From positions 544,001-608,000 of the forward strand of contig CAVOHZ010000010.1 of the NCBI GenBank assembly GCA_963695855.1: a stretch of DNA of 64,000 bases, read 5' to 3'. Numbering within the stretch: the first letter of the stretch is position 1; every line of letters starts with the position of its first letter. The stretch is from an uncultured Nitrososphaerales archaeon (GTDB taxonomy: Archaea > Thermoproteota > Nitrososphaeria > Nitrososphaerales > Nitrososphaeraceae). A program made the position numbers and the translations under genes. Below are positions 29,680-40,571 of this stretch, in pieces. Under the pieces are notes generated by a model that did no database searches, was not told the origin of the DNA, and saw only the letters and a list, made by a program, of their open reading frames with translations.

Positions 29680-30849
29680 TTGGATGCAAGAAATATTGGG
29701 CTACGTAATATTGAAGTTGCTGATACTAAAATATGTTCAATTGATGGTGAACATGGAAAATTAATTTATCGTGGATATGATATTCTTGACTTGGTGAATC
29801 GATCCACATTTGAAGAAACCACATTCCTACTCTTATTTGGAGATCTTCCAAATGACGCTCAATTAGAAGACTTCTCTAATACCCTGAAAAATTCAAGAGA
29901 TATTCCCAATTCTATTATTATAGACCTACATAACAGACCTAAAACAGCTCATCCGATGGACGTTCTTCAATCATGTGTGTCCTATCTTTCAAATTATGAC
30001 AATGACATTTCTTCTGATACCAAGGAAGATAACGTTAGAAGAGCAATGCTTCTTATTGCAAAGATGCCTTCTATCGTGGCTGCTTGGGATCGAATCAGAA
30101 ATGGTCTGGAGTATGTAAAGCCTGATCCTGAACTTTCACATTCCGCAAATTTTCTTTACATGTTGTCTGGGAGGAAACCTGAATTGGAAGAAACAAAAGT
30201 GTTTGATATTTGTCTAATTTTACATGCAGAACATAGTTTCAATGCCTCGACATTTGCAGCACGAGAAATAGCTTCGACTAGGGCACACATGTATGCATGT
30301 ATATGTGGTGCATTAGGAGCTTTATCTGGCGAATTACATGGTGGAGCAAATATCCAAGTTATGAAAATGTTAATTGAAATTAATGAACCAAACAGGGTAG
30401 AAGAATGGGTAGCTGAAAAAATTAAACAAGGAAAAAGGATAATGGGCATGGGACATGCTGTATATCATACGAATGATCCTCGAGCAGAGATTTTAGAAAG
30501 ATTATCCAAATCTATTTGCAGAGAAGAAAATCGTAAATGGTACGAAATCACAAAAAGGATTGAGAATTATACTAAATCTTATATGTCTGAGTATAAAAAC
30601 CAAGCAATTTATGCTAATGTCGATCTTTATAGTGCTTCTCTCTATTACAGTATGGGATTTAAAATGGATCTTAACACGCCAATATTTGCTATTTCACGAA
30701 TATCTGGATGGACTTCCCATGTGATTGAAGAAAAATTCGCTGAGGCAGCACCAAAACCTGCGTTATACAGACCAAAAGCAGTATACGTAGGCAAATATTG
30801 TGGTCCAATGGGATGCGAGTTTATTCCAATAGAAAAAAGGGATAAATAA
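29680..30849 (+). CDS. gltA: Citrate synthase
   Basis: IDGEHGKLIYRGY, HAEHSFNAST, LHGGAN, MGMGHAVY, DPR, NVDLYS. Confidence 0.95.
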   Translation: MDARNIGLRNIEVADTKICSIDGEHGKLIYRGYDILDLVNRSTFEETTFLLLFGDLPNDAQLEDFSNTLKNSRDIPNSIIIDLHNRPKTAHPMDVLQSCVSYLSNYDNDISSDTKEDNVRRAMLLIAKMPSIVAAWDRIRNGLEYVKPDPELSHSANFLYMLSGRKPELEETKVFDICLILHAEHSFNASTFAAREIASTRAHMYACICGALGALSGELHGGANIQVMKMLIEINEPNRVEEWVAEKIKQGKRIMGMGHAVYHTNDPRAEILERLSKSICREENRKWYEITKRIENYTKSYMSEYKNQAIYANVDLYSASLYYSMGFKMDLNTPIFAISRISGWTSHVIEEKFAEAAPKPALYRPKAVYVGKYCGPMGCEFIPIEKRDK

Positions 30850-30949
30850 TTTTAATATTCGAAGATACTTATCATTCTTATTTAACTACTTTCAAATTAA
30901 ATAATATTTAAAAAATTAAATTATCTATTTATTTGATATATGTTAAATT

Positions 30950-31429
30950 TTGAAAGTAAACATTTTGTCGAAAACCGATACTGCTTTACTCCTTGATGAA
31001 ATAAAAAATTGGCCAGAGAATAGCATACCCAAAATAAAGAATCTAAAAATGTATCAAATTGAAAAAGATAAGAAATTTCTATTATACAACGATTTCTCTG
31101 CAATTCAAATTAATAAAATCATTTTACCATTTGTCGGAAATCAAGAAATGATCAATTTTTTTCCCTATGTTCTAGTGGATATGGGAGCTATAAAATTCGT
31201 TTGTAATGGTGCGAAACTAATGCGACCAGGAATAGTTCACTTTGAATCTTTTAATAGAAATGATATCGTAGTAATAAAGGATGAGGAACATGGTAAACCC
31301 CTTGCAGTTGGAATAGCTATTGAAGATAGTAAAACTGCAATATCTTTATCAAAAGGTTACATAATAAATAACCTTCATTACGTAGGTGATAAATTCTGGA
31401 ATCTATACAAGGAAATAAGACTAAATTAA
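30950..31429 (+). CDS. PUA-domain RNA-binding protein (MCT-1/Tma20-like)
   Basis: VDMGAIKFVCNGAKLMRPGI, HYVGDKFW. Confidence 0.9.
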   Translation: MKVNILSKTDTALLLDEIKNWPENSIPKIKNLKMYQIEKDKKFLLYNDFSAIQINKIILPFVGNQEMINFFPYVLVDMGAIKFVCNGAKLMRPGIVHFESFNRNDIVVIKDEEHGKPLAVGIAIEDSKTAISLSKGYIINNLHYVGDKFWNLYKEIRLN

Positions 31430-31472
31430 ATATCCATTTTCAATTGAATCAATAAATATTCTGACATCTTTT

Positions 31473-32183
31473 TCAATTCAAACTAGAAATTCCTGAGATA
31501 TCTATAGTAAAAAAAATACTATGGTTTAAGAACGGTTGAGCATAAGATATTTTATAAATTTTCTTGTCGAAGTTAATTATTTCAAATCTTAATTTTATGT
31601 GAACAGAAATTGAAGTCGATTTATCCATAAATTCTCTTTGACTTGCTGTTTTATATAATGCATTATCTAATATACTTGTTTTCATTTCACCCACTTCAAG
31701 AGATGAAATTTTCTCTCTGATGGAATTCGTTATAATGACTGCACAATTATTCCTAATAGCATGATGTGCGAGTTTATGAAGAAATTTCATTAAAATTAAA
31801 TGTCTTGCTGCTCCTTGACTATCGGACGCAATTATGGATGTTGCAGTATCAACTATTACTAGCCTTGGATTCAATGTATCAATCTTCTCAAGTGCATTGA
31901 ATTGAGCAAAAATTGAGAAAACTCTGATATACTCTATCCTATCTAAAAATCCGTTTGAATCTTTTACATTTAAGATCTCCACAATTCGTTCGGGCCTGAA
32001 ATTACCTGTGGTATCGATAAAGATTATCTTTTCACTGGTATCCTTTAACAAATTGGCACAAATGGTGAAACAAAATTGAGATTTTCCAGATCCGTTCTCA
32101 CCAAAAATATCCCAAACCAAGCCAGTACTTATTCCTCCTCCTAGAAATCTATCTATGTCATATGAACCTGTTAATATTCTCAA
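31473..32183 (-). CDS. radB: RadA/Rad51 paralog (RadB-like RecA-superfamily ATPase without N-terminal domain)
   Basis: TGS..IDRFLGGG, GENGSGKS Walker A, FIDTTGNFRPER, IVDT. Confidence 0.75.
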   Translation of the reverse strand: MRILTGSYDIDRFLGGGISTGLVWDIFGENGSGKSQFCFTICANLLKDTSEKIIFIDTTGNFRPERIVEILNVKDSNGFLDRIEYIRVFSIFAQFNALEKIDTLNPRLVIVDTATSIIASDSQGAARHLILMKFLHKLAHHAIRNNCAVIITNSIREKISSLEVGEMKTSILDNALYKTASQREFMDKSTSISVHIKLRFEIINFDKKIYKISYAQPFLNHSIFFTIDISGISSLN

Positions 32184-32266
32184 TTACTGATATATTCATT
32201 AATAATTAATTAATAAATTATTTTACTTCAAAGGAACCTTTTTATTCTGCTCTCTCTGAACTTGAA

Positions 32267-32542
32267 TTGCTAAGTGATATATTGATATTGTCAGCCAATT
32301 CGAGTTCTCAACAACCAAAAAGACCTCTTACCGCCTTACAAAAGTCATTAAACCAACGTGTTGCGGTACGACTGAAAAGTGAAATGGAATATAAGGGAAT
32401 AATGAGTAACGTTGATTCTTACATGAATCTGATATTAGTTGACGCTGAAGAATACCAAAGCTCAGATTTGCTTGCAAATTACGGAAAGGTTGTGATAAGA
32501 GGAAACAACGTTCTCTTCATTAGATTGATCAAAGATCTATAA
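32267..32542 (+). CDS. Sm-like (LSm/SmAP) protein
   Basis: RPL..L, D.YMNLIL.DAEE, IRGNNV; start probably a later TTG. Confidence 0.92.
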   Translation: MLSDILILSANSSSQQPKRPLTALQKSLNQRVAVRLKSEMEYKGIMSNVDSYMNLILVDAEEYQSSDLLANYGKVVIRGNNVLFIRLIKDL

Positions 32543-32567
32543 CCTTAACACTAAATTTCATGTAGAA

Positions 32568-33716
32568 ATGACCTCTCGTTATTTATTTAGCTCTGAAAGT
32601 GTTACAGAGGGGCATCCAGACAAAATATGCGATCAAGTCTCAGATTCTATATTAGACGCATATCTCTCGCAAGATCCCGATTCGAGGGTTGCAGTCGAAT
32701 GTTTAACTACTATCGGTACAATTTTTGTCGCAGGAGAAGTTACCTCTAAAGGAACAGTAGATATTCAAAGAAATGTAAGAAATACTATAAGGGAAATAGG
32801 TTATAATAACAGCGATCTAGGTTTCGATTGTAATAGCTGTGCATTGTGGACATCTATACATTCACAAAGTGATGATATTTCTGTTGGTGTGACTGCTACA
32901 GCAGAAAAAGAACAAGGAGCTGGAGATCAAGGTCTTGTGTTTGGTTATGCCACAAACGAAACGCCCGAATTAATGCCATTACCCATTCTCATGGCACATA
33001 AACTATGTTTCAAGTTAAGTCAAGTCAGAAAATCAAAGGAACTTGATTGGGTCAGACCAGATGGCAAATCACAGGTTTCTGTTGTTTATGAGGATTTTGT
33101 ACCCAAGAGGATTGATACAGTAGTATTATCTACACAGCATTCGCCGGATATTTCTCTAAAACAGTTGCGAGAAGAATTAATTGCAAAGGTCATTCAACCA
33201 ACGTGTGATGATTGGATTGATGATAAAACAAGGTTTTTCATTAATCCTACCGGCAGATTTGTATTAGGAGGACCTTCTGCTGATACCGGATTGACTGGCA
33301 GAAAAATTATTATTGATACTTACGGTGGAATGGGAAGACACGGTGGAGGTGCATTTTCAGGAAAAGATCCGTCTAAGGTTGACAGATCAGCGTGTTATAT
33401 GGCTAGGTATATAGCGAAAAATATAGTAGCTGCCAATCTTGCCAAAAAATGTGAAGTTCAAATAGCATATGCCATTGGTGTGTCCGAACCAGTTTCTATA
33501 ATGGTGGATACTTTTAATACTGGAACTATAGATCATGAAGAAATTGAAACAAAGATAAGGAAAGTCTTTGATATGAGGCCTTCTAAAATTATTGAAATCC
33601 TCTTACTTAAACGACCAATATATAAAAAGACTGCAGCATATGGTCACTTCGGAAGGAACGAATCAAGCTTTTCTTGGGAAAAAACAGACAGAGTACATTT
33701 ACTTGCCAATGAATAA
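32568..33716 (+). CDS. metK: Methionine adenosyltransferase, bacterial/eukaryotic type
   Basis: [38 protein letters not shown]. Confidence 0.97.
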   Translation: MTSRYLFSSESVTEGHPDKICDQVSDSILDAYLSQDPDSRVAVECLTTIGTIFVAGEVTSKGTVDIQRNVRNTIREIGYNNSDLGFDCNSCALWTSIHSQSDDISVGVTATAEKEQGAGDQGLVFGYATNETPELMPLPILMAHKLCFKLSQVRKSKELDWVRPDGKSQVSVVYEDFVPKRIDTVVLSTQHSPDISLKQLREELIAKVIQPTCDDWIDDKTRFFINPTGRFVLGGPSADTGLTGRKIIIDTYGGMGRHGGGAFSGKDPSKVDRSACYMARYIAKNIVAANLAKKCEVQIAYAIGVSEPVSIMVDTFNTGTIDHEEIETKIRKVFDMRPSKIIEILLLKRPIYKKTAAYGHFGRNESSFSWEKTDRVHLLANE

Positions 33717-33835
33717 TAAATTTTAATATGCTATGATTCCTTTAAAAAGGAACATATATATTTATGAAAAATGGTATCTAAAAAGTTTCAAAATACAAAC
33801 ATCTGACATAATCCATTTCATTTCTGTAAATATTT

Positions 33836-34705
33836 CTAGTCAATTATTTTATGAAGAGATTCTTGATCATATTTTATATTGTACTTTCTTTCAAAATATC
33901 TAGAAATATTTTTTATATCTCTCTCAATAAAAAACCTCGCATTTGGGTGGTCTCTTGAAACTGCTTGAGGCCAATCTATTATCCATACTTTATTTTCGTT
34001 GTCAATGATCGTGTTATATTCATTTAAATCACCGTTGATCATATTTTCATCATAAGCTAATTTTACCTGGATGATAATTTTTTCCAAGATATCCAATGGA
34101 TCTTCTAATAATACCGTATCTGAAAGCCTTTTTCCTTCAATTTTGTACATTACAATAGCATGCATAGATCGGTAATATGGAGTAGTAATGTTCATTTTGG
34201 ATTTTTTTAATTTTAACAATATGTCATATTCCTTTTTTGCAGCTTCGATATTTACCAATAACCAGCTATGAAGATTTTTATTCTTTTCAAATGATCTTTT
34301 CCTTTTTGTGTCTGTAAATGAAATTCTACCTATTCTAAAAAATTTTATTGCTCTTTTTTGATTTGATCCTGATATTGCTTCTACTACATCAGATTCCTTT
34401 CCTATACCAATACTTTCTCCTATTCCAATAATGATGTTTGAATCTACTAAGATTTTTAGGGCGTATGCATCCAGACCTGATGATAAAAGCCTATAGCCTT
34501 TTTCATTTTTCAAAACTAGCTTAGACCTAAGTAGATTGTTCAATCCAAATTCTGTCCTGTCTTTATGTAATTTTGAGTAAGAAATTATTTCCCTATTATC
34601 CAAGATCTCATGATGTTTTATTGATGATGCAAATATCTTTAGTATCCTAAATTGATCTGAATCCAGTTCCTTAACTATTCTAGCTGTATTTTTAACTAGT
34701 GACAA
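33836..34705 (-). CDS. rio2: RIO2 serine/threonine kinase
   Basis: N-terminal wHTH, IGIGKESDV, KFFRIGRISF, GDLNEYN, IIDWPQ. Confidence 0.9.
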   Translation of the reverse strand: MSLVKNTARIVKELDSDQFRILKIFASSIKHHEILDNREIISYSKLHKDRTEFGLNNLLRSKLVLKNEKGYRLLSSGLDAYALKILVDSNIIIGIGESIGIGKESDVVEAISGSNQKRAIKFFRIGRISFTDTKRKRSFEKNKNLHSWLLVNIEAAKKEYDILLKLKKSKMNITTPYYRSMHAIVMYKIEGKRLSDTVLLEDPLDILEKIIIQVKLAYDENMINGDLNEYNTIIDNENKVWIIDWPQAVSRDHPNARFFIERDIKNISRYFERKYNIKYDQESLHKIID

Positions 34706-35116
34706 TTCCTATTCACACATAAAATAATTCTCAAATATTTTTTAATCATATAAAATGTTTTTAATATCTTTCTAATGAGTAGAAAAAATTTCATTATTAA
34801 AATTTTTAATTTGGATTTTGGATTGTTTTTCTTCTTGCATACATTTACCCAAATATTGTTATCATAATTTTTTTTGTTATATTTTAAACTTGTTTCCTAT
34901 TCAAATAATCTAGAGAAACATACTATAATGACCCTGAATCAGTCGAAAAATCTTAAAAACAGTAGTAATTGAATAATATTGTTTATAATTGCTATATTTA
35001 GCCATATTAGATATGATATCAAGGAAAAATTTTTCCCGAAATCATAATATGATCATCGTGATGTATGAAACACAATTAACTTAAAATTTATTTATGGAGT
35101 AAGTAAAAAAGAATAA

Positions 35117-36328
35117 ATGAATGAAGATTCTCTTTTTCCTTCAAAGGATGTTGTAGTCGATAAAGACCTAGTCTTGGCGGAAACAGAAGCCGAACAAGAA
35201 CTTCCGCAAGAAATAATTGAGAAGAGAAAAAAAGGGCTATTAAAAACTGGCTATACCACAGGAACTTCAGCTACTGCTGCAACTAAGGCTGCTCTCTTTA
35301 CATTAATTTATTCAGAAGAGGTATTTGAAACAGATGTAATCCTGCCAAAAGGAAGAATAGTTAAATTAAAGATTGCGTGGACACGAATTGATGAAACAAA
35401 AAGATCAGTTACATGTGCAGTTATAAAAGATGGAGGAGACGACCCGGACGTAACGCATGGCACGGAAATATGTTCTACAGTTTCTTTTAATTCTTATAAA
35501 GGAGAAATATCCATTAATGGAGGTGAAGGGGTGGGCCGAGTTACCAGGCCCGGATTAGGATTAGAGATAGGAAGTGCCGCTATAAATCCAGTTCCAAAAA
35601 AAATGCTCGAAAATGCCATCAAAGAAGTTGGTGCAAAAATACTTGAGGAAAAAGGAATTACTGTAATTATTTCAGTGCCAAAAGGAGCAGAAATTGCAAA
35701 AAAAACTGATAATCCTAGGTTAGGGATAATAGGAGGAATTTCTATTCTTGGAACTACTGGGATAGTTTTTCCATATTCTACTGCATCTTTTGCCGCATCA
35801 ATTCGACAGAGTTTAGATGTTGCTATTACCCTTGGAACCCTTACCGTAGTTTTAACGACTGGTGGACGAAGCGAAGATTTTGCAAAGGGTCTGTTTCAAG
35901 ATATTCCAGATTATGCATTTGTACAGATGGGGGATTTTTCAGGATATACTATAAAACAGTGTACGAAGAGAAGCATTAAAAAAGTAATTATTGCTGGATT
36001 TATTGGTAAATTAACAAAATTAGCCATGGGGATAAAACAGACACATGTTCGAGGTTCACACGTTAGTCTAGATTTTATGGCAAGAATAGCATCAACTTGT
36101 ACTACATCTGAAGAAATAATTAATGAAATAAAAAATGCGAATACAGCTAGACACGTATCTGAAATAATAATGAAAAATAATATTCCTAGATTTTTTGATG
36201 TTATTTGTGAAAATGTTTTTAAACAAATGTTTAGTCATGCTAATAAACAATTGGACATTATTGTAATAATGTTTGATTTCAATGGCTGCGTTTGTGGATC
36301 ATATCCAGCTAGTTTTTTCCAAAAGTAA
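35117..36328 (+). CDS. cbiD: Cobalt-precorrin-5B C1-methyltransferase
   Basis: GYTTGT, KDGGDDPDVTHG, AINPVP, NPRLGIIGGISILGTTG. Confidence 0.96.
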   Translation: MNEDSLFPSKDVVVDKDLVLAETEAEQELPQEIIEKRKKGLLKTGYTTGTSATAATKAALFTLIYSEEVFETDVILPKGRIVKLKIAWTRIDETKRSVTCAVIKDGGDDPDVTHGTEICSTVSFNSYKGEISINGGEGVGRVTRPGLGLEIGSAAINPVPKKMLENAIKEVGAKILEEKGITVIISVPKGAEIAKKTDNPRLGIIGGISILGTTGIVFPYSTASFAASIRQSLDVAITLGTLTVVLTTGGRSEDFAKGLFQDIPDYAFVQMGDFSGYTIKQCTKRSIKKVIIAGFIGKLTKLAMGIKQTHVRGSHVSLDFMARIASTCTTSEEIINEIKNANTARHVSEIIMKNNIPRFFDVICENVFKQMFSHANKQLDIIVIMFDFNGCVCGSYPASFFQK

Positions 36329-36528
36329 TTAATTAAATATGATAATAACTACATTTAAACGAAAAAAATAAACACATGATATCTTATTTTATAGACATTC
36401 CGTGCTAAATATCGTCCAAAAGAGATAGTATCAAACGATAATAAAAGTAGTATATATTTTCGTAATCTAAGATGGAATGGAAAAAGGGTATTTCGTACAT
36501 GTACGTATGGACTTTTATATTATCTTAA

Positions 36529-37509
36529 TCAAATAGTTTTAGATATTCTTACCCTTGCAATTCCGTTTAAAATCGATACATAGCTAACCCTGTCTCCTTT
36601 AATACTATTAGGTAGAGTAAATGTTTGAAAAATTGGAGGATCTGACGAAGAAAAAATTTTTAGAAGTCTATAATTTTGATCATATGTAGCAGATATTTCT
36701 GAATTTACTAGGGGACCCTTAACTTCTACCAATATTTCATAAAAATCATCTCCCTCGAGAATATCCGGTCGGTAATTGTCATTGGAAAAAGTTCTAGTTT
36801 GTAACCTTTTTGAAAAGTTAATTGGAGCTCGAAAACTCTGTCCCTGAAAAAAAGAAGGCAACATGATTTTAATAAGAAAACTAGTTCCTGCGCCGGCTAG
36901 AAAGCCACCGATATGCGCAAAGTATGCTACGCCTCCCAATGGATCTATAAAGTTAAAAATCACCTGAAGAATAAACCAAAATGGAATATAAGCTAGAGCA
37001 GGAATCCTCACAGTTGTGATAATAAAAGCAGTTATTATTGTGTAAATTTTAGCTTTAGGAAACAGCACAAGATATGCTCCCATTACACCAGAAATCGCAC
37101 CTGATGCACCCACAGAAGGTATTTCACCCGATCCCACAGAGACGGCGAAAAAGCTATGTACCAAACCTGCAACAATACCACATAACAAATAAAAAAAGAA
37201 ATATTTGACGTGTCCAAATCTATCTTCTATATTGTCACCAAAAATAAATAAGAAAACCATGTTTCCTATAATATGTGCTATACCCCCATGAAGAAACATT
37301 GAAGTTACTAAAGAGATAACATCTCCATTTAAAACAGAATTGGGAACTGCGCCAAAATTCAAGAAAAGTTCAGCTACCTGATATGAGTTAGAGAAAAAGT
37401 TAGTCGTTATCACTTCCCAGATAAAAATAATTATGTTTATAGCAATCAGGATATAATTTACAAATGGTCTACCATGAAGACGTTGATTATCGTCATGAAT
37501 AGGAAACAT
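36529..37509 (-). CDS. Rhomboid intramembrane serine protease with C-terminal Hsp20-like domain
   Basis: TSMFLHGG..H..GNM, GASGA (catalytic Ser), AHIGG (catalytic His); soluble tail of about 100 aa. Confidence 0.9.
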   Translation of the reverse strand: MFPIHDDNQRLHGRPFVNYILIAINIIIFIWEVITTNFFSNSYQVAELFLNFGAVPNSVLNGDVISLVTSMFLHGGIAHIIGNMVFLFIFGDNIEDRFGHVKYFFFYLLCGIVAGLVHSFFAVSVGSGEIPSVGASGAISGVMGAYLVLFPKAKIYTIITAFIITTVRIPALAYIPFWFILQVIFNFIDPLGGVAYFAHIGGFLAGAGTSFLIKIMLPSFFQGQSFRAPINFSKRLQTRTFSNDNYRPDILEGDDFYEILVEVKGPLVNSEISATYDQNYRLLKIFSSSDPPIFQTFTLPNSIKGDRVSYVSILNGIARVRISKTI

Positions 37510-37534
37510 CTATTAATTAATCACTACTTTTCTT

Positions 37535-37717
37535 TCAAACTTGGAAAGGATTACTGCTCGGCATGAAATCATCCTTTCCTCCATGAGCCTTTTTATTGTG
37601 TCTAGAAAGATGTTCTTTATCCTGAAAGAAAATATTACATTGTTTACACTTAAATTTATCATTAGATTTTATAGATTTATCTTCCTTTTTTCTACGTAAG
37701 AAATTAGATAACCCCAT
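37535..37717 (-). CDS. Small C2H2 zinc-finger protein
   Basis: FKCKQCNIFFQDKEHLSRHNKKAH fits C-x2-C-x3-F-x5-L-x2-H-x4-H. Confidence 0.82.
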   Translation of the reverse strand: MGLSNFLRRKKEDKSIKSNDKFKCKQCNIFFQDKEHLSRHNKKAHGGKDDFMPSSNPFQV

Positions 37718-37806
37718 ATCATTATTAAGATAATAAACTATTTTTAAATTATTCCAATACCTGAGTTAGAATAGATAAATAAATTAAAATTTATTAATGA
37801 TTACTA

Positions 37807-38037
37807 TTACTCCATCACAATCATTGTTAAAGTAGACTTTACTCCTGTCAATTTCCTTAATTTCCATGTTATTATTTCTTTCACTTTATCCATAGTATCG
37901 GATTCTACTTTTGCTATAATATCATAAACTCCATATACTTGAAAAACTTCATTTACACCTTCAAGACTTTTTAAATCCCGTACTATAGCATCCTCACTGC
38001 CTAACTCAGTGTTTAGTAAAACAAAGGCACTTGGCAT
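37807..38037 (-). CDS. Stand-alone Lrp/AsnC ligand-binding (RAM) domain protein
   Basis: MPSAFVLLN, VYGVYDIIAKVE, VKSTLT; start at ATG 38037. Confidence 0.88.
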   Translation of the reverse strand: MPSAFVLLNTELGSEDAIVRDLKSLEGVNEVFQVYGVYDIIAKVESDTMDKVKEIITWKLRKLTGVKSTLTMIVME

Positions 38038-38085
38038 ATTAGTTCTTACTAAAATGATATATAAAAACATGATGAAATGGAAGGA

Positions 38086-38892
38086 TTATGTTTCTAACAA
38101 TTTTTTCTCATCAAAAGGACCTGCTATTTCCCATTGATAATTGAAAAAATCTTCACACCATTCATGGAAATCACTGTCTTTACTATAAAACATGATATTC
38201 AGATCGGGTTCTCCCTTTAGAGTCGGAAATAATAAACATGCTTCTTTTTCATTAAAAATTGTCATTATTCTCACCTTCGCAAGCATCTTTCTTTCTACCA
38301 ATCCTTTTGAAATCATACTATGCCAACCTATTTTTTCAAGAATTTCAGTCCTTCCTTGGGGGATTACAGTATCTTTTGAAAGGATATATGAGAATTTGAT
38401 TCCCGTTCGAATCTTATTGCTTACAGGTTCAATTAAATCAAGTGGAACTTGAGACATTATTTCCTTTATGTAAACTTCAGAATTAGAATACAATTTCTTC
38501 CAGTGCTGCAAATTTGCCATTACTCCCAAAACAATTTCACATTTTTTTAATGATCCTATTCTTTGAATGAATTTTAACGGCAACTCTTCGATCGAATGTT
38601 CCAAGAAATACTGTTTATGTGCTGAAAGAAATTCATATGCAGGTAAAATATATACGATAGATTTTCCATATGAAGTCAAACAGAGGTCACCTTCGCTATC
38701 TTTGAATACCAATCCAGAATCAATTAGCCTGGTAACATTTCGATGAGCTTCTTGCATAGTGGCATTCAATTCGTTAGCAAGCTGTGATAATCTGTATTTA
38801 TTTTTCGAAAGCTTCAGAATCATCGATAGTCTTAAATCGCCAGCTAGTTCAAAAAATAAAGATTCTGTATTTTCAGGAAAATTGTCACTCAT
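38086..38892 (-). CDS. ArsR-like wHTH transcriptional regulator with C-terminal effector domain
   Basis: LFFELA..LRL.MI..L, EAHRNVTRL..SGLV, LTSYG; C-terminal FHEWCEDFFNYQW. Confidence 0.82.
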   Translation of the reverse strand: MSDNFPENTESLFFELAGDLRLSMILKLSKNKYRLSQLANELNATMQEAHRNVTRLIDSGLVFKDSEGDLCLTSYGKSIVYILPAYEFLSAHKQYFLEHSIEELPLKFIQRIGSLKKCEIVLGVMANLQHWKKLYSNSEVYIKEIMSQVPLDLIEPVSNKIRTGIKFSYILSKDTVIPQGRTEILEKIGWHSMISKGLVERKMLAKVRIMTIFNEKEACLLFPTLKGEPDLNIMFYSKDSDFHEWCEDFFNYQWEIAGPFDEKKLLET

Positions 38893-38983
38893 ATTAAATG
38901 CAGTACAATATTATTTGTTTCAAAGATTTAAACTTGAATAATTTTATTTCAAATGAAAAAATTAATAGATAAAATAAATAGGA

Positions 38984-40300
38984 TTATGGACTAATCCTAG
39001 ACATCGTCCTTGGAAAAGGAACAGTATCCTTGATATCCGGGATATTGAGTATCCACCTAATTAACCGTTCTATACCAATTCCAAATCCACCATGTGGGAT
39101 TGAACCAAATCGTCTCAAATCCATATACCATTCATAATCAGTAGAATCCAATCCTTCAGAATGTATTTCTCTAATTAATTTCTCAAGATTATCTTCTCGT
39201 ATTCCACCACTAGATATTTCACCGAATCCGTAGGGGGCCAATAGATCGACAGCAAGTCCTACACCAGCACTTGTGGGATCTTCTTTCACGTAGAAAGGTT
39301 TGATTTTTAAAGGATAATGTGTTATAAAAATTGGAGTAATAGAATCTTCGGTAAGGGTTCTTTCTGATTCGATATTAAGATCATCACCAAATTCTATCAT
39401 TCTGGAAACATCATTGTCTATAATATGATAATCCTTTTTTTGTAATGATTCGATAGCTTTTTCATACATCATTTTCTTGAAAGGTATACATATTTTTTCC
39501 AGTGAGGAGATATCTCTTTTCAAGAAATCGAATTCATGGCTTCTGGCCTTAATCGTATTCTCTATAATAAATAAGACAAGCTTTTCTTGAATTTTCATTA
39601 AATCCTCTAATGTAACCCATGGAGCTTCTGCCTCTAAATGCAGAAATTCGGCTAGATGCCTAACAGTTCTAGATCTTTCTGCTCTAAAAGAAGGAGTTAG
39701 TGACCAAATAGGTCCCAATGAAAAAATCATTGCTTCGAGGTATAATTGAGCACTTTGAGAAAGAAATGCATAATCATCAAAATATTTTAATTTAAAAAGA
39801 GTAGATCCTCCTTCCACTGATCCCTTTACCAACACAGGGGCACTTACTTCATACCAATCATTATGAATAAACCAGTCTCGAGCATATCGTAGAATCGAAG
39901 AACGAACTTTCGACATCATTATCATTTTTCTTGTCCTAATTGTGAGATGTCTGTATTCTAAAAGCAGATCAGGGCTAGTATATTCACCCAGAGGATAGTC
40001 TGGTTTAGAAAGGCTATACACATAAATTGTAGTTCCCTTAATTTCGTATCCTCCCTCTGGGGCTCTACTATCTTTGTGCACGACTCCCTTGATCTCTAGT
40101 GAAGATTCAATTGTTAAATTATTAGTTTTGGATGAAGGAAAGATGCTTTGAATGACTCCCCCTCTGTCATCACGTAACAACAAAAAAGAATTTTCTTTCT
40201 GTTTTCTTATTCTATGAATCCACCCTCTAAGAGAAACTTCTTTTCCCACATAATAATCACTTTTAACATCAGATGTTCGCAGATACAATTCAATAAACAA
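38984..40300 (-). CDS. asnS: Asparagine--tRNA ligase (class IIb)
   Basis: OB-fold RGWIHRIR, LSQSAQLYLE, FRAERSRT.RHLAEF, WYMDLRRFGSIPHGGFGIGIER. Confidence 0.85.
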   Translation of the reverse strand: MFIELYLRTSDVKSDYYVGKEVSLRGWIHRIRKQKENSFLLLRDDRGGVIQSIFPSSKTNNLTIESSLEIKGVVHKDSRAPEGGYEIKGTTIYVYSLSKPDYPLGEYTSPDLLLEYRHLTIRTRKMIMMSKVRSSILRYARDWFIHNDWYEVSAPVLVKGSVEGGSTLFKLKYFDDYAFLSQSAQLYLEAMIFSLGPIWSLTPSFRAERSRTVRHLAEFLHLEAEAPWVTLEDLMKIQEKLVLFIIENTIKARSHEFDFLKRDISSLEKICIPFKKMMYEKAIESLQKKDYHIIDNDVSRMIEFGDDLNIESERTLTEDSITPIFITHYPLKIKPFYVKEDPTSAGVGLAVDLLAPYGFGEISSGGIREDNLEKLIREIHSEGLDSTDYEWYMDLRRFGSIPHGGFGIGIERLIRWILNIPDIKDTVPFPRTMSRISP

Positions 40301-40571
40301 TAATTTTATTTATTTTAAATTTATTTTCTTTTTTTTATTTCAATTTGCGTAAAAAAAATAATACCTCATTGCCTATACTTCAAAGTATTTTGAAACAAGA
40401 CAACAAAAAATATACCAAATTATTTCCGGTACCAAAACTAACAAATAGTCGGAGGTATGTATTTGAGGAAAAATAAATTCTCTTCAAAACAATTAAATTA
40501 GAATTTCAAGAATATTATAAATAGTAATTTTTTTTATATCTATAAAACGTACAATCAAAAAAATAGGTAAA

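Noticed and set aside
40361-40458. Short dyads ATACCTC/GAGGTAT and TTCAAA-gtat-TTTGAA between asnS and the phosphatase
   Set aside because: Arms of 6-7 bp are expected by chance in AT-rich DNA
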